From an uncultured Chloroflexia bacterium (lineage in GTDB: Bacteria > Chloroflexota > Limnocylindria > Limnocylindrales > CSP1-4), in NCBI GenBank assembly GCA_963837825.1, contig CAWIOR010000015.1, forward strand, positions 38,241-102,240: 64,000 nt of DNA. Direction: 5' to 3'. Made by a program: the position numbers and the translations under genes. Positions 61,471 to 64,000 of the stretch are shown here, piece by piece. The notes under the pieces were generated by a model. That model was not told the origin of the DNA. It saw nothing but the letters and a program-made list of their open reading frames with translations, and did no database searches. Each line of letters begins with the position of its first letter. Position 1 is the stretch's first letter.

Positions 61471-61520
61471 GGCTGCAGGATAGCGGCCCGGGAGGGCTGG
61501 CCGACCGCCGGGCCGGGGAG

Positions 61521-61526
61521 TAGATT
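61521..61526 (+). promoter_or_regulatory. Candidate -10 hexamer TAGATT, 7 nt upstream of ATG 61534
   Basis: A TANNNT hexamer lies next to the start codon with no Shine-Dalgarno sequence. Confidence 0.35.
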
Positions 61527-61533
61527 GCCGCGC

Positions 61534-61776
61534 ATGGCCGGCTATGTCGCGGTCGCGATCCTCGGGGCGGCGGAGATCCGGGTCGATCGACCCGGGGACG
61601 GCCGAGCGCTGGGGCGTGGGCGGGCCGTGCCGCCGGCCGACCACGGATCGCCGATCGAGGACATCCGGGTGGTGCGTTCGCTGGCGTCCGAGCAGCTCCA
61701 CGAGCGGGCGGCCACGCTGCGGAGGATCTGGGACCAGACGACCTTCTACCTGTTCGATCCGCAGAGCTGGCGGTAG
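61534..61776 (+). CDS. Small hypothetical protein (80 aa)
   Basis: Intact ORF ending ...LRRIWDQTTFYLFDPQSWR, which is the 3' part of ORF 60952..61776. It has its own -10-like box. Confidence 0.5.
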   Translation: MAGYVAVAILGAAEIRVDRPGDGRALGRGRAVPPADHGSPIEDIRVVRSLASEQLHERAATLRRIWDQTTFYLFDPQSWR

Positions 61777-61824
61777 CCGTCGAGCCGGCGGGGTGACGAG
61801 GTCCGGGCCGTCCGGTCGACGGTC

Positions 61825-61830
61825 TACAAT
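61825..61830 (+). promoter_or_regulatory. Candidate -10 hexamer TACAAT, 7 nt upstream of ATG 61838
   Basis: Near-consensus -10 hexamer next to the start codon with no Shine-Dalgarno sequence. Confidence 0.4.
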
Positions 61831-61837
61831 CACGGCG

Positions 61838-64000
61838 ATGCCCCACGAGGTCCCGGCGGGCCGCGACGGCCGCCGCACGGTCCACATCGTCCCGCACACC
61901 CACTGGGACCGTGAGTGGTACCTGCCGTTCCAGGCGTTCCGGCTCCGTCTCGTCGGGCTGGTCGACGGCCTCCTCGACGCGATGGCCCGCGACCCGCGGA
62001 TCCGGTTCACCCTCGACGGCCAGCTGGCCACCGTCGACGACTACCTCGAGGTCCGCCCGGAGCGCGAGCCGGACGTCCGCCGGTTCGTCGGGGAAGGCCG
62101 CCTGGCGGTCGGGCCATGGCTGATCCTGATGGACGAGTTCCTCGTCTCGGGCGAGACGATCGTCCGGAACCTCGAGCTCGGGACCCGGCGGGCCGAGGCG
62201 CTCGGCCGGGCGATGCCGGTCGGCTACCTGCCCGACATGTTCGGCCATGTCGCCCAGATGCCTCAGATCCTGCGCCGGGCCGGGATCGGCCATGCCGTCG
62301 TCTGGCGCGGCGTCCCGTCGGTCATCGACCGGCACGCGTTCCGCTGGACCGCCCCCGACGGCTCGACGGTCCGGACCGAGTACCTCCTTGGCGGCTACGG
62401 CAACGCCCGCGACGTGTTCACCGCCGACGACCCGGCGGGCGTGACCCGGAAGGTCGGGCTGTACGTCGAGTCGGTGGCCGACGTCTTCGACGGCGACCCG
62501 GTCCTGGCGATGTACGGCGAGGACCACTCGCTGCCGCGCGACGACTACGGCGACCTCGTCGACCGGGTGAACGCCTCGGACGGCCCCTACCGGCTGGTCG
62601 TCGGCACGCTGGCCGACTACCTGGCCGCGACCGGGGAGGACGAGGCGGCGACCGCCGGGCTGGCCGAATGGCGTGGCGAGCTCCGCTCGAGCGCTCGGGC
62701 GAACGTCCTGATGGGCGTGGTCAGCCACCGCCTCGACGTCCGGGCGGCCGCCGCTCGCGCCGAACGCGTCCTCGAGCGGATCGCCGAGCCGCTCGTCGCG
62801 CTCCACGGCCACGGCCCCTGGCCCGGTCGGCTCCTCGAGCTGGCCTGGCGGCGGGTCGTCGAGGACTCCGCCCACGACTCGATCTGCGCCTGCTCGATCG
62901 ACCCGGTCGTCGACCAGGTCCTCGTCCGCTTCGCCGAGGCCGAACAGATCGGACACGGCCTGGCCGGGAACCTGCTCGCCGACGTCGGCCGGCGCGCGCC
63001 GCGCGGCGGCTCGGTGGTCCTCAACCCCTCCCCGACGGACCGGACCGACCTCGTCGAGCTCGTCGCGGTCGTCCCGGATAGCGCAGATGCCCCGGCGCTC
63101 GAGCTGCCCGACGGCCGCCGGGTCCCGACCCAGGCGGTCGCCCGGACGGAGACCGTCGTGGCGGACCTCGAGATGGCCGCCGACGAGCTGCCCGGCTTCA
63201 TCGCGACCCGCGCCCACGCCCGCGAGCTCTTCCAGCTCCAGATGAACGGTTACCGGCTGGAGGACGGACCGGACGGACGCCGGGTCCTCACCCTCCTCGT
63301 CGACGAGGTGGCCGACCCGCCCGAGCTCGACCACGATGCGCTCAAGGCGGCGATCTTCGCGGCGGCCCGGGCGGCCGGCTCGGCGCCCTGGCGGTTCCGG
63401 GTCGAGGCGGCCGCGCGCCGGCGACTCGTCGCCAGGGTGCCCGTCGCGGCGCTCGGCTGGACGTCGGTCCGGGTCGTGGCCGCCGAAGCCGGACGGCTCG
63501 ACGTCGAGCCGGTCTCGGCGGGCCCTGGGCGGCTGGCCAATGGGCTCGTCGGCCGTCGAGGTCGCCGCCGACGGGACGCTGACGATCGAGGCCGACGGTC
63601 GCCGGCTGGCCGGGGCCGGCAGGCTGGTCGACGGCGGCTGACGCGGGTGACTTCTACAACTACGGACCGCCGGGGACCGACCGGCTCGTCGAGCGGCCCC
63701 GGACGGTCGAGGTCGGCGCCGCCGGCCGGCGGGCCGCTGTGCGCGCAGCCTCGACATCCGGCGGACGTACGACTGGCCGGTCGGCCTCGACGACGACGAT
63801 CCGGCCCGACCCGAGCGCTCCCGCCGGAGCGACCGGACGACCGAGGTCGCGGTGACGACGTCCGTCGAGCTGCGAGCCGGTGAGCCGTTCGTCCGGGTCG
63901 TCGTGTCGTTCGACAACCCGGCGGTCGACCACCGCCTCCGCTTCCACGTCCCGCTCCCGGAGCCGGCCGACCGCTCCTTCGCCGAGGGCCAGTTCGCGGT
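61838..64000 (+). pseudogene. GH38 alpha-mannosidase (mannosylglycerate-hydrolase-like); intact to about 63540, then several frame breaks; 3' end beyond the window
   Basis: VHIVPHTHWDREWYLPF, GPWLILMDEFLVSGE, YLPDMFGH, ...EDSAHDSICACS.... Later fragments GDFYNYGPPG and HRLRFHVPLPEPADRSFAEGQF are in other frames. Confidence 0.85.

Noticed and set aside
60584-63916. A 1110-aa ORF on the minus strand
   Set aside because: Only its last 100 or so codons (...IETIAVPDEEFPTLGCNVLAVEPGVVIM...TCLTRPILRETSS) are real and belong to the DDAH-like gene. The remainder is antisense to the GH38 gene, whose + strand translation carries unmistakable motifs.
1-64000. tRNA, rRNA, tmRNA, RNase P and common riboswitches
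   Set aside because: I saw no T-loop-like GGTTCGAATCC contexts or rRNA-like conserved blocks, and intergenic spaces are mostly shorter than 150 bp. The longer gaps (584-1044, 41019-41223, 42377-42656, 44313-44544, 48000-48640) did not match any RNA family I can recognise by eye. This is a weak negative that needs covariance-model scanning.

Overview
This is a 64-kb, very GC-rich (roughly 70-75% by eye), gene-dense chromosomal segment. It looks Actinomycetota-like, based on apparently leaderless -10 boxes and a histidine-phosphatase/DUF3090/SCO1664-type gene trio; a Chloroflexota origin cannot be excluded. I can support about 50 protein genes arranged in alternating strand blocks. I recognised no rRNA, tRNA, CRISPR array, transposase or integrase.

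Main gene content, in order:
- A translationally coupled nurA-herA-sbcD-sbcC DNA-end-processing operon (2865-9379).
- A GAF-GGDEF cyclase.
- A two-component system with a MacAB-type efflux operon and a Gly-rich anchored protein.
- A NOX-like ferric reductase, FMN-binding protein and ApbE flavinylation module.
- GlcD-like and AGPS-like flavoproteins.
- An acyl-CoA synthetase.
- DrrAB-like and other ABC transporters.
- A cytochrome c/CopC-CopD copper cluster.
- A thermonuclease.
- An FGGY kinase.
- A DEAD-box helicase and a UvrD-like helicase.
- A roughly 1700-codon alpha-2-macroglobulin-like gene.
- A roughly 1160-codon Cas4/Dna2-like nuclease fused to an SF1 helicase.
- An M20 peptidase, a DDAH-like amidinotransferase and a GH38 mannosidase.

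Three sequence-level observations stand out:
1. Five phased tCTTGC-N7-GCAAGg palindromes, bracketed in part by a 17-nt inverted repeat, lie in the 460-bp gap upstream of a PLP enzyme gene (678-996).
2. A 3.5-kb lower-GC island (about 39.1-42.65 kb) carries an ABC pair, a membrane J-domain protein and a secreted Cys-rich protein.
3. Single-base frame disruptions are extremely frequent but unevenly distributed. They look like homopolymer-length errors rather than real gene decay. Genes whose frame is broken in the sequence as given are typed pseudogene here, with that caveat.

All family assignments come from reading motifs in the supplied translations. No searches were run.
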